Below, piece after piece: positions 47,721 through 55,392 of a stretch of DNA of 64,000 bases. The stretch comes from Rubrobacteraceae bacterium (GTDB lineage: Bacteria > Actinomycetota > Rubrobacteria > Rubrobacterales > Rubrobacteraceae). Position numbers and translations under genes: made by a program. How positions within the stretch are numbered: the first letter of the stretch is position 1; every line of letters begins with the position of its first letter. Location of the stretch: NCBI GenBank assembly GCA_965213905.1, contig OZ243922.1:2226230-2290229 (forward strand). The letters are read 5' to 3'. The notes under the pieces are model-generated. The model was not told the origin of the DNA. It made no database searches and worked only from the letters and a program-made list of their open reading frames with translations.

Positions 47721-48084
47721 CGGCCACGAAGGCGCGGGCCGCGGCCTTGGCTTCCCTCAACTTGCCCTCGTGGATCGCCTCTGCGGGAGAGACGTCGTCG
47801 AGCTGGGGATTCAACCCGATGAACCAGGCCTTCACGATCCTCGGTGAATCAAACTGCACGAGCAGTTGGGAGATCTCATACGCCGTGCGAAGACGCTCCT
47901 CGCTCTCCTGGCGCACCGCCTCCACCTCACCACCGGACCAGCGCGAAACCGTCTTGGCATCCTTCACCCCCGCTACATAAGCCACCAGACGACGCCCCAA
48001 AAGGTCCTGCAGAAAAGAAGCCACATCCGGAACCGCCGTAACCACCGATTGCCGATGCGCTTGTTCCAGAACCCGCGCTTCCAT
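47713..48084 (-). CDS. Xre/MbcA/ParS-type antitoxin (DUF2384-like)
   Basis: C-terminal pattern WFIGLNPQLDDVSPAEAIHEG. AAGGAGG RBS. Position immediately upstream of the RES gene. Confidence 0.75.
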   Translation of the reverse strand: MEARVLEQAHRQSVVTAVPDVASFLQDLLGRRLVAYVAGVKDAKTVSRWSGGEVEAVRQESEERLRTAYEISQLLVQFDSPRIVKAWFIGLNPQLDDVSPAEAIHEGKLREAKAAARAFVAGG

Positions 48085-48138
48085 CTCGTGCCTCCTTGGT
48101 GCCAGTATGCTAGCTCAATGCCCTATAAATGTCCTTTT

Positions 48139-48147
48139 ATTGTACCA
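48139..48147 (-). promoter_or_regulatory. extended -10 (TGGTACAAT) for the Xre-RES operon
   Basis: The minus strand reads TGGTACAAT, about 55 nt upstream of ATG 48084. Confidence 0.4.
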
Positions 48148-48216
48148 CTTTGATTTCAGGGCTTTCGGTACTCGGGCTTGTGGTGAATTACTCCGTTCGG
48201 CTTGCTGGTGCAAGCT

Positions 48217-48465
48217 CTAGCAGGAAGCGTATTCGAGGTCGTCGGCGAAGTCTTCTTCGGAGAGATCGGGGTAGGGAAGACCATGTCCCGTGTACCAGCG
48301 TATTGCCGAGACCCGGCCCTTGAGACCCAGGATCTCCCCGGCGCGGGCCACGCTCATCTTCCCCTCGCTCACCAAGAGCAGCAATACTCCTTCGAGCACC
48401 TCACGCTTGGGCTCTGGTCCCAGCGCCTCTACAACCTCGGCGGGCAACTCTACTCTCATGTCCAT
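48217..48465 (-). CDS. UPF0175-family antitoxin-like protein (orphan)
   Basis: 82 aa. VELPAEVVEAL...EGVLLLLVSEGKMSVARAGEILGL...EEDFADDLEY, the typical UPF0175 pattern. No PIN/DUF3368-type partner downstream. Confidence 0.7.
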   Translation of the reverse strand: MDMRVELPAEVVEALGPEPKREVLEGVLLLLVSEGKMSVARAGEILGLKGRVSAIRWYTGHGLPYPDLSEEDFADDLEYASC

Positions 48466-48560
48466 AACACTAGTTTATCCTCCCACAGCGCTCGCCGTTG
48501 CTCTGATCCAAGAAAAGAGCCCTCAGCCCAATTCCAGAGCACGGGATTGTGCGACCGAAT

Positions 48561-49589
48561 CTAAAGCCAGCCCTCTGGAACCTCGAACTCGGCTATTACG
48601 GGCGCGTGGTCGCTCTCTGGGTATTTCACGTCGGTGGCGAAGGAGATCGACTCGTCGTGCAATAGCTCGTTGTGGATCTCTGACTCCTCGAAATACTGGA
48701 GCATCTGTCGGCTGACTATAAGGTGGTCTATCATCTCGCCCTTTCCCAGGTACAGCAGTGAATACCGGGCGGGCTCGGGGATGCTCTTATCCACCGGCAC
48801 CATGACCCGCTCAGCCAGTTCCGGGTTGCCGTGGCTCTCTACATCTCCCCGTATCGCCTGCAAGGGCACGTCGTCGGTGTCGGCGTTGAAGTCTCCGCAG
48901 GCAACGATCAAAGCCCGCTCGTCCTCGTCGAAGATCCCGTCTATCAGCATCCTGGTCTCCAGAGCCTGCCCAACCCGCTTCATCGAAGAGAGGAAGAACC
49001 CTTCTGCCCACCCCGAAGCCGTCTTCCAGGTATAGCGATCCGCTTTCTGCTCCGGAATGTTCGTCGGCCTCTTGGATTTCAGGTGGACATTGAGGACGTG
49101 GAGGATCTGTCCGCCCAACCGGATCTTGCAAGCCAATATCGGCCTCTCCCAGCTTATCTTCTCGGCCTCCTCCCTGAGCAGCGCTTCATCTACTTCGGCG
49201 CCGGAGTCTTTATCAGTAACGGTGCGATAGTAGGGTGCGGGAGCGTAGGCGTGCTTGTGTTGGGCGTAATCGGCTATCTCGAAGCGGCTCAGAACTACCA
49301 GGTTGCGCTCGTCGTAGGGTTCGCTACCGTCCGTCAGCTTTGTAGAGACCATTTCGTAATCCGCGTACTGTGTATCTTCCAGCAACTTCTCCAGGGCCGA
49401 CAAACGTCGGGGAGCGCCTTCACGCTCCCTCTGCCCGTTGACCTCCTGCAGGCAGAGAATATCGGCGTCCACCCGCACCAGTTGGGGCCGCATCAGGGAA
49501 ATCCTCTCTTCAAGGGAGGGCCCACCTTCCTCCGAGGTTTCGTCGAGGTTCTCCAGGTTAAAGGTGGCGATACGCAGTGTCGGCGACAT
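48561..49589 (-). CDS. endonuclease/exonuclease/phosphatase (EEP, DNase I-like) family protein
   Basis: EEP motifs FNLENL, LCLQEV, NVHLKS, CGDFN and SDHAPV. ATG 49589 follows GAGGAGGA. The track start 49622 adds 11 aa. Confidence 0.8.
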   Translation of the reverse strand: MSPTLRIATFNLENLDETSEEGGPSLEERISLMRPQLVRVDADILCLQEVNGQREREGAPRRLSALEKLLEDTQYADYEMVSTKLTDGSEPYDERNLVVLSRFEIADYAQHKHAYAPAPYYRTVTDKDSGAEVDEALLREEAEKISWERPILACKIRLGGQILHVLNVHLKSKRPTNIPEQKADRYTWKTASGWAEGFFLSSMKRVGQALETRMLIDGIFDEDERALIVACGDFNADTDDVPLQAIRGDVESHGNPELAERVMVPVDKSIPEPARYSLLYLGKGEMIDHLIVSRQMLQYFEESEIHNELLHDESISFATDVKYPESDHAPVIAEFEVPEGWL

Positions 49590-49815
49590 AGCTATCCTCC
49601 TCGTGGTTTGACCGTAACACAATCATAGCCGTAGCCTCCAGATACCGGCGCTAAAGCGTGTCTCCGCCGGTCCTTTTGGGACGGCCCCAGCACGTGCGCG
49701 AAAACCTTCCCCAAGATCAGAGAGAGCCTGCGTCGGAACTGGTTGACTGACGCCAGCGCCCGCGAAGAGCAGTATTACGTTGGTGTGATGCAGCGGTAGC
49801 CGCTAATATGTCTGA

Positions 49816-50796
49816 GTGTCTGCTGGAGACTCCATAGAAAACTACATTCGGCTCTTTGCCAGCTTGAACACTGATAAGAGCGCGAGCAGGTGGCCTGACC
49901 GCACGAGAAATCGAGCTCCGCAGAAACCTCTATTGTTGCTCTCGGTCCTGGATCTTTTCGAGCTTGGCGAGGTCAGTTCAAACCTCATCGAGATCACCGA
50001 AGATCTCCTGGACCTTTTCGACAACTACTGGGTGAGAGCCCTGCCGTTTAGGAAACCGAGCACCCTTGCCATGCCGTTCGTCCGTCTGGAGAACGATGGC
50101 TTCTGGCAAATAGCCCGCCGTGTGGAAGGCGAGTCACTCCCTGGTAGTCCCGAAAAATCCGTAGCGCAACTACAAGGGCGAGTTTTCGGTGCCTGCCTTG
50201 ACGAGTCTCTATATCAATTTCTTCAAGCAAAGGAGAATCGCAAGCTCCTTCGTTCCGTTCTCGTAAGCGACAGGTACTTCTCGAACGAAGCCAGAGAAAG
50301 CCTCCTGCAGCAAGGTTTCGTAAACAAAGAGGCTTTTATGTACAGCAAAGAGCTTCTCAAGAATCCTAAGGATCCGAAGGTTGGGGAAGCACTATCTCTG
50401 GAAGAAGAGTACGTGCCGGTCCGGGATCAGGGTTTTCGGCGAGCAGTCGTCAAAGCCTACGATCACCGCTGCGCCCTGTGCAGCATCCGCGTCCGCACCC
50501 TTGATGGTCATACCCTTGTGGAAGCGGCACACATTGTTCCCTGGAGTGAGACCCGAGATGATCGGCCCGTAAACGGCCTTGCCCTCTGCCGCACGTGCCA
50601 CTGGACGTTCGACGAAAGGTTGCTGAGCGTCTCCCGAGACTACATTGTTGTGACCTCGAAGCAGTTGAACGTGCCGGACAACCTCTCAGGCTACCTGACG
50701 AGTCTCGAAGGACGAACGATCTTCGTACCCTCCCAAGAATCGTACCGACCCGACCGCGGCTCTCTGGAGTGGCACAGGAAACACCTCCTGCTCTGA
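49816..50796 (+). CDS. HNH_2-type endonuclease with N-terminal DNA-sensor-like domain (type IV restriction-like)
   Basis: C-terminal YDHRCALCS...VEAAHIVPW...NGLALCRTCHWTFD. N-terminal RAPQKPLLLLSVLDL...DNYW...PFVRLENDGFWQI. AT-richer than the host. Confidence 0.75.
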   Translation: MSAGDSIENYIRLFASLNTDKSASRWPDRTRNRAPQKPLLLLSVLDLFELGEVSSNLIEITEDLLDLFDNYWVRALPFRKPSTLAMPFVRLENDGFWQIARRVEGESLPGSPEKSVAQLQGRVFGACLDESLYQFLQAKENRKLLRSVLVSDRYFSNEARESLLQQGFVNKEAFMYSKELLKNPKDPKVGEALSLEEEYVPVRDQGFRRAVVKAYDHRCALCSIRVRTLDGHTLVEAAHIVPWSETRDDRPVNGLALCRTCHWTFDERLLSVSRDYIVVTSKQLNVPDNLSGYLTSLEGRTIFVPSQESYRPDRGSLEWHRKHLLL

Positions 50797-50888
50797 GCTT
50801 ATCCTGCTCTCCGGCCTTGCCTCCCGGCCCGCAGGAAAAGGCCGCGAAAGCCCTAGAGGAAGCACTGCAATAATCCTCAACAAATCGC

Positions 50889-50965
50889 GTTGTAGTACGG
50901 TTGCAGTGAAAAGCCCCCGGCCCGGAAACCGGGGGCTTTATTTTCCCTGCTATTTGCAGGTATTT
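50889..50965. repeat. arm-type repeat cluster, right end of islet
   Basis: GTTGTAGTACGGTTGCAGT (50889-50907, 18/19 match to the left copy) and TTTGCAGGTATTT (50953-50965, 13/13). Confidence 0.6.
50911..50946 (+). terminator. bidirectional rho-independent terminator
   Basis: AAGCCCCCGG / CCGGGGGCTT stem with loop CCCGGAAA. TTTATTTT follows on the plus strand and TTTTCAC on the minus strand (downstream of tRNA-Val). Confidence 0.75.
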
Positions 50966-50967
50966 CT

Positions 50968-51042
50968 TGGTGGGCGATGCTGGTTTCGAACCAGCGACCT
51001 CTGCCGTGTGAAGGCAGCGCTCTCCCGCTGAGCTAATCGCCC
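50968..51042 (-). tRNA. tRNA-Val (CAC), CCA encoded
   Basis: Reverse complement GGGCGAT-TA-GCTC..GAGC-G-CTGCC-TTCACAC-GGCAG-AGGTC-GCTGG-TTCGAAA-CCAGC-ATCGCCC-A-CCA. 75 nt. Confidence 0.9.
50970..51013. repeat. att copy inside intact tRNA-Val
   Basis: Identical to 45478-45521. Confidence 0.9.
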
Positions 51043-51176
51043 GATGAGGGAGAAAATATACCATCCTGCGGTGTGGTTGTTAAGATGCCTTTGCAGAGCC
51101 GGGGTCGCCCATCGGATATAATGCGCGGCTTGAGAACTCAAATGTGAGTCCTGTGGTGTAGAGGGAGGTAGTCGAA

Positions 51177-51572
51177 GTGGCGGAGCAAGGTGAAAACGGC
51201 AAGGCAAAGAGTTTGGAGGAGGTGCTGGGGGACTTGAAGGCGCTTTCGGGAGACATTGACTCTTGTGCGGTCCTCTCCGGGGACGGGGAGCTACGGGCTT
51301 CCAGGCACGGGGACGGCGTAGAGCGGGAGCGTACGACCGCGATGTTGGCGGCGCTGGTGAACTTGGCCGGGCGGACCGCGAGGGAGAACGGCAAGGAGAA
51401 CGCGGAGCAGACCAGGATCAAGACGGACCTGGGGCACGTCCTGATCGTACGCCTGGACGATGGCGCGTTGGCCGCAACCGTGGGCCCGGAGGCCCGGGTC
51501 GGGCTTGCACTCTACGACATGCGTAATACGCGGGGTGAGATCGAGGACGCCCTACGGGGAGAAGGTGAGTAG
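51177..51572 (+). CDS. Roadblock/LC7 (MglB-like) domain protein
   Basis: LGDLKALSGDIDSCAVLSGDGEL...HVLIVRLDDGALAATVGPEARVGLALYDM pattern. Confidence 0.7.
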   Translation: MAEQGENGKAKSLEEVLGDLKALSGDIDSCAVLSGDGELRASRHGDGVERERTTAMLAALVNLAGRTARENGKENAEQTRIKTDLGHVLIVRLDDGALAATVGPEARVGLALYDMRNTRGEIEDALRGEGE

Positions 51573-51574
51573 CC

Positions 51575-51787
51575 ATGGACAAGTTGTTCAAGAGCCTGCT
51601 TTTTTTGGGGCTGATGGTCGGTACCGCCGTGGCCGTACGGAACTACTTTGAAGGTTCCGAGTCTCGGGGTGAAGAAGCGGTCCAGGTAACTTTCGACGAC
51701 GGCTCCACCCAGTCGTTCGGCCCCGGCACGATGGAGGCACAGGAGTTTACGGACATCGCCCGGAAGATAGTCGAGGCCGGGCTCTAA
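51575..51787 (+). CDS. small membrane-anchored hypothetical protein
   Basis: 70 aa with an N-terminal TM helix. The ATG lies 2 nt after the roadblock gene stop. Confidence 0.45.
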   Translation: MDKLFKSLLFLGLMVGTAVAVRNYFEGSESRGEEAVQVTFDDGSTQSFGPGTMEAQEFTDIARKIVEAGL

Positions 51788-51807
51788 GAAAACTTACGCC
51801 CTTCTAG

Positions 51808-53037
51808 TTAGAGGGCGGTTTCCGGCGGGACTCCCCGGGCTTCTAGGATATGCCCGACGGCGAGACCTATCTGCGAGTTGGGGGTAGAAGCCCCGGCGGT
51901 AAGCCCGATGCGAACCGGCCCATCCGGGAGCCAGTCCTCTTCCTTTATCTCTTCGCTGGCGTCCAACGGCGTTCCGGCCGGCTTGTGCCGCATAACGTCG
52001 CCTTCGATGCAGTCGCCGCTCGCTATGTGATAGGTCTTCGGCACCCGTTCGTCGGCGATGATCGCCAGGTTGTTCGTGTTCGAGGAGTTGTATCCCCCGA
52101 TGACGATCATTATGTCCAGCGGATGGTCGAGCAGATCGAAGAGCGCGTCCTGCCGATCCTGGGTGGCGGAGCAGATGGTGTCGAAGAGCTCGAAGTGTTC
52201 GTCTACATTCTCTTCGCCGTAACGCCCGATCATCGCTTTTCTCAGCTCTTCGCCGACGGCCAGCGTCTCGCTCATCAGCATCGTGGTCTGATTTGCGACC
52301 CCGACCCGCTGTAAGTCTTCTTCCGGGTCGAAGCCGGGGCCCATGCCGTGGGAGAGCTTCTCGCGGAGTTCTTCCGCGTCCATCCGGCCCAGGATAAAGT
52401 CCGTGACGTAGCCGGTCTCCGTCAGGTTGCGGACGATGAGGTATTTGCCGTTGCCACCGTCTTTCTCCGTTTGGGAGGCGGTGGCTTTAGTCTCCTCGTG
52501 GTAGTACTTGCCGTGGATGATGCTGGTGAAATCCTTTTTGGCGTAGCGGGTGACGCGCTTCCAGACCGAGAGGACCGAGCCGCAGGTGGTGTCCACGACG
52601 ATGCACTCCCGCTCGCGGAGCTTGCGGACCCAATCCACCGGGGCGCCGAAGGCGGGGAGCAGGACCACGTCTTCCGGGCCGAGGGTGTCGAAGAGTTCGT
52701 CCGGGTGGCCGTTGAAGCCTTCGGAAAGAAACTCGATGCCCATTTCGCGCAGACGGTTGTTCATGGAGGGGTTGTGGATCATGTCCCCGGTTATGAAGAT
52801 GCGCCGGTCCGGGAACTTCTCCCGCGTCTGGAAGGCGTAGTCAACGGCCCGGTCCACCCCGTAGCAGAACCCGAACTCGTCGGCCAGGCGCAACGTGAGC
52901 CCTTCGGCCTCGAAGACGTTTCCGTTCTCCCGGATCCTCTCTACCACGTCGGAGCGGTAGTCGCGGTCCAGAAGATGCTGGACGTCGCCCCTCATTTTGA
53001 AGCCTTTGCGGAAGTATTTTTGGTCTTGCACGCTCAC
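51808..53037 (-). CDS. ispH: 4-hydroxy-3-methylbut-2-enyl diphosphate reductase (long form)
   Basis: FGFCYGVDRAV, VVDTTCGSV, ICSATQDRQ and NSSNTNNL. About 409 aa with an N-terminal extension. Confidence 0.88.
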   Translation of the reverse strand: MSVQDQKYFRKGFKMRGDVQHLLDRDYRSDVVERIRENGNVFEAEGLTLRLADEFGFCYGVDRAVDYAFQTREKFPDRRIFITGDMIHNPSMNNRLREMGIEFLSEGFNGHPDELFDTLGPEDVVLLPAFGAPVDWVRKLRERECIVVDTTCGSVLSVWKRVTRYAKKDFTSIIHGKYYHEETKATASQTEKDGGNGKYLIVRNLTETGYVTDFILGRMDAEELREKLSHGMGPGFDPEEDLQRVGVANQTTMLMSETLAVGEELRKAMIGRYGEENVDEHFELFDTICSATQDRQDALFDLLDHPLDIMIVIGGYNSSNTNNLAIIADERVPKTYHIASGDCIEGDVMRHKPAGTPLDASEEIKEEDWLPDGPVRIGLTAGASTPNSQIGLAVGHILEARGVPPETAL

Positions 53038-53119
53038 CTCTCGAACCTGGCGCTTGTCTGGGCGTTTGCCACAACGTTGGGCCCAAAGTTTAACCTATAG
53101 AGTGGTGCGCGTCGGCCCG

Positions 53120-53148
53120 TTGGCCGAAATTTTGTTTGGGTGTACAAT
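53120..53148 (+). promoter_or_regulatory. promoter for a leaderless response-regulator mRNA
   Basis: TTGGCC, 17-nt spacer, TACAAT (preceded by TG). An in-frame GTG 53158 lies 9 nt after the hexamer. Confidence 0.45.
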
Positions 53149-53157
53149 ACGCGGATC

Positions 53158-53547
53158 GTGGACTTCAGGCCCAAAGTAATGTTCGCCGATGACGACCCCG
53201 AAACGCTGGAAAAGTCCGCCGAGGCTTTGGATGCGGGCGGTTTCTGCGTGGTCAAGGCCTCCGACGGCCAGACGGCGTTGCAGGAGGCGTTGAGCCAGAA
53301 GGTCGACCTGATCGTCCTGGATATCTCTATGCCCCAGGTGGGCGGCCTGGAGGCTTGTCACTGCCTCAAAGCGATGCCAAAGACCTCCAAAATCCCGATA
53401 GTCCTAACGGCTTCTAAAAAAGATCCCGCAACCCGGATGCTGGGCGAGCGGATGAACGGCTCCATCCACGTCCTCCGGAAACCCTTTACCCCCGAAGAAC
53501 TGGTCTCCACCGTACGGGGACTCGTAAAGAAAAGGGTCCGGCTCTAA
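53158..53547 (+). CDS. single-domain (CheY-like) response regulator
   Basis: Receiver residues ADDD, LIVLDISMP, LTASK. Track start 53140 would include the TACAAT box. ATG 53179 is another option. Confidence 0.8.
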   Translation: MDFRPKVMFADDDPETLEKSAEALDAGGFCVVKASDGQTALQEALSQKVDLIVLDISMPQVGGLEACHCLKAMPKTSKIPIVLTASKKDPATRMLGERMNGSIHVLRKPFTPEELVSTVRGLVKKRVRL

Positions 53548-53599
53548 CCCCGAGTCTAACCTTACACAAAGTCCGAATTCTCGGAGAGTTTGGAGGAGT

Positions 53600-54748
53600 C
53601 TGAAAGCCTTAAAAGCCCTTATCGTTGGTGGTGGGATCGGCGGCCTGACGGCGGCCGGTGCCTTGCGCCGCGCCGGGCTACAGGTGACGGTGTTCGAGAA
53701 GGCCGGACGGATAAAAGAGGCGGGAGCCGGGGTCGCCCTGTGGGCCAACGCGACGAAGGTACTAGGAGGGCTGGGCCTCTACGAAGCAGTTGCTGAACTC
53801 GGGGCAGAGATTGGGGGCGAGGTGCGTAACCGGCGGGGTGAAAAACTGTTCGCCCTCCCGGCGGAAGGCCTGAGGAGCAGGTTCGGTAGCGCGAACCTCG
53901 CCCTCCACCGGGCCGACCTACAAAAAATACTCTACGATGCCCTACCGGACGGCACGGTACGCCTGAACTCCGAGTTGGTGGGCTTAAAGCACGAGCCGGA
54001 GGGCGTCGTGGCCCGCTTCTCGGACGGCCGGGAAGAAGGCGGGGATTTGCTCGTGGGCTCGGACGGCCTGCATTCGGTGGTCCGCGGCGAAGTCCTGGGT
54101 GGCGCCCCGCCCCGCTACGCGGGTTTCACGGCCTGGCGCGGCATCATCGAGGACGCCGAAGGAGTAGTTCGGGAAGGGGCCGGGCTAAACGTCTGGGGAT
54201 GCGGAACGGAGTTCGGGCTTTCGAGTCTCGGACGGGGGAGGGCCTACTGGTACGCCACGGCAAACGCCCCGGAAGGCGCGTCTGGAGTTTCTGCGGGCCG
54301 CAAAAAGGAAGTTTTGGGGCACCTGCGAGGTTACTACGGGCCGTTGCGGGCGGTGGTAGAAGCCACGAAAGAGGAGAACATCCTGCAAACCGACCTCTAC
54401 GACCGCGGGCCCGCGCGACGCTGGGGGGCGGGCCGGGTAACGCTCCTGGGTGACGCGGCGCACCCGATGACCCCGAGCCTCGGCCAGGGAGCCTGCCAGG
54501 CGATAGAGGACGCCGCGGTACTGGCCGACTCCTTGCGGGGGTCGGGTTCGGTCGCCGCGCGCCTGCGCCGCTACGAGAGGCGCCGCGCCGGGCGCACGGC
54601 CTCCGTAGTCCGCCGGTCGCGCCGCATGGGCAGGATAATGCAAACCGAAAATCCTCTCGCCTGCGGGTTGCGCGACGCCGTGGCGAGTAAGATGCCGCCC
54701 GGACTCCGGCTGCGTCTTCTCGAGCCGGTGGTAGGGTACGAAGTCTGA
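53600..54748 (+). CDS. FAD-dependent aromatic-ring monooxygenase family protein (start uncertain)
   Basis: The dinucleotide-binding motif ALIVGGGIGGLTAAGAL lies upstream of track start 53663. GSDGLHSVVR and LLGDAAHPMTPSLGQGACQAIEDA are also present. CTG 53600 is the only start-like codon before the motif. Confidence 0.8.
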   Translation: MKALKALIVGGGIGGLTAAGALRRAGLQVTVFEKAGRIKEAGAGVALWANATKVLGGLGLYEAVAELGAEIGGEVRNRRGEKLFALPAEGLRSRFGSANLALHRADLQKILYDALPDGTVRLNSELVGLKHEPEGVVARFSDGREEGGDLLVGSDGLHSVVRGEVLGGAPPRYAGFTAWRGIIEDAEGVVREGAGLNVWGCGTEFGLSSLGRGRAYWYATANAPEGASGVSAGRKKEVLGHLRGYYGPLRAVVEATKEENILQTDLYDRGPARRWGAGRVTLLGDAAHPMTPSLGQGACQAIEDAAVLADSLRGSGSVAARLRRYERRRAGRTASVVRRSRRMGRIMQTENPLACGLRDAVASKMPPGLRLRLLEPVVGYEV

Positions 54749-55392
54749 TGGGTCCCGAGGTTTTAAGCCTGCGAGACTTGCCCGTCCCGCCGCTATTCAG
54801 GTTGGTGGACGAAAGCGGCGGGGAGGTTTTCGAAGAAACTGGGGTGGGGGGTGAGCCCTCGACCGTCGGGGTGCTTTTCGCCTCCCGCGAGCTCTCCGAA
54901 GAGTTCTCCGCCGGCGCCGCGGAGTTCGGGATGGAAGCACTCTCCGGCCTGGAGCCCCGGGAGCTACCCGACCGGGCCGCCGTCGAAGCCTACGCCGCTT
55001 CGGGACCGGAGTACGTCCTGGTAGTCTCGGAGAAGGCGACGGGATTATTTCACGCCGGGGACGTGGTCCGGCACGTCCTGGAGGAGAAACGATCTCCCCC
55101 GTTTCCGTTGTATCTGTTCACCGACGCGGGGGGCGAGTCGCCCCTGATTTCGGTAGACGACGACAACGGCCCACTGCTCGTCGCCGCGCTCTTCAGTTCA
55201 CCGGAGAAGGCACGTTCTTTCAAAAGCCAGGCCGCGCACCTGGATCTGCCGGACTCGTTGGGAACCATAGAAGACGCCGACGGCCTGGGCCGCCACGCCC
55301 GCATAGCACAGAGGGCCGGGGCGGACTACGCTGTAGTAGACCCGGGAACCGGCCTCACCGAGGCGATACCGGTGGAGGAGTGGATCCGCTAA
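54748..55392 (+). CDS. hypothetical protein (two similar halves)
   Basis: The ATG overlaps the monooxygenase stop (ATGA). Acidic, 214 aa. No family recognised with confidence. Confidence 0.5.
   Translation: MGPEVLSLRDLPVPPLFRLVDESGGEVFEETGVGGEPSTVGVLFASRELSEEFSAGAAEFGMEALSGLEPRELPDRAAVEAYAASGPEYVLVVSEKATGLFHAGDVVRHVLEEKRSPPFPLYLFTDAGGESPLISVDDDNGPLLVAALFSSPEKARSFKSQAAHLDLPDSLGTIEDADGLGRHARIAQRAGADYAVVDPGTGLTEAIPVEEWIR

Larger units (their letters stand above)
45478..51013. mobile_element. integrase-less (CIME-like) genomic islet integrated in tRNA-Val
   Basis: Perfect 44-bp direct repeats at both ends equal the tRNA-Val anticodon loop to its 3' end. Arm-type repeats lie inside both ends. 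GC is lower by eye. Cargo is TA/nuclease genes plus an Xis-like HTH. No recombinase ORF in any frame. Confidence 0.75.

Noticed and set aside
50450-51064. 204-aa minus-strand ORF covering tRNA-Val and the HNH gene 3' end
   Set aside because: It overlaps a tRNA gene and a terminator and shows no coding features.
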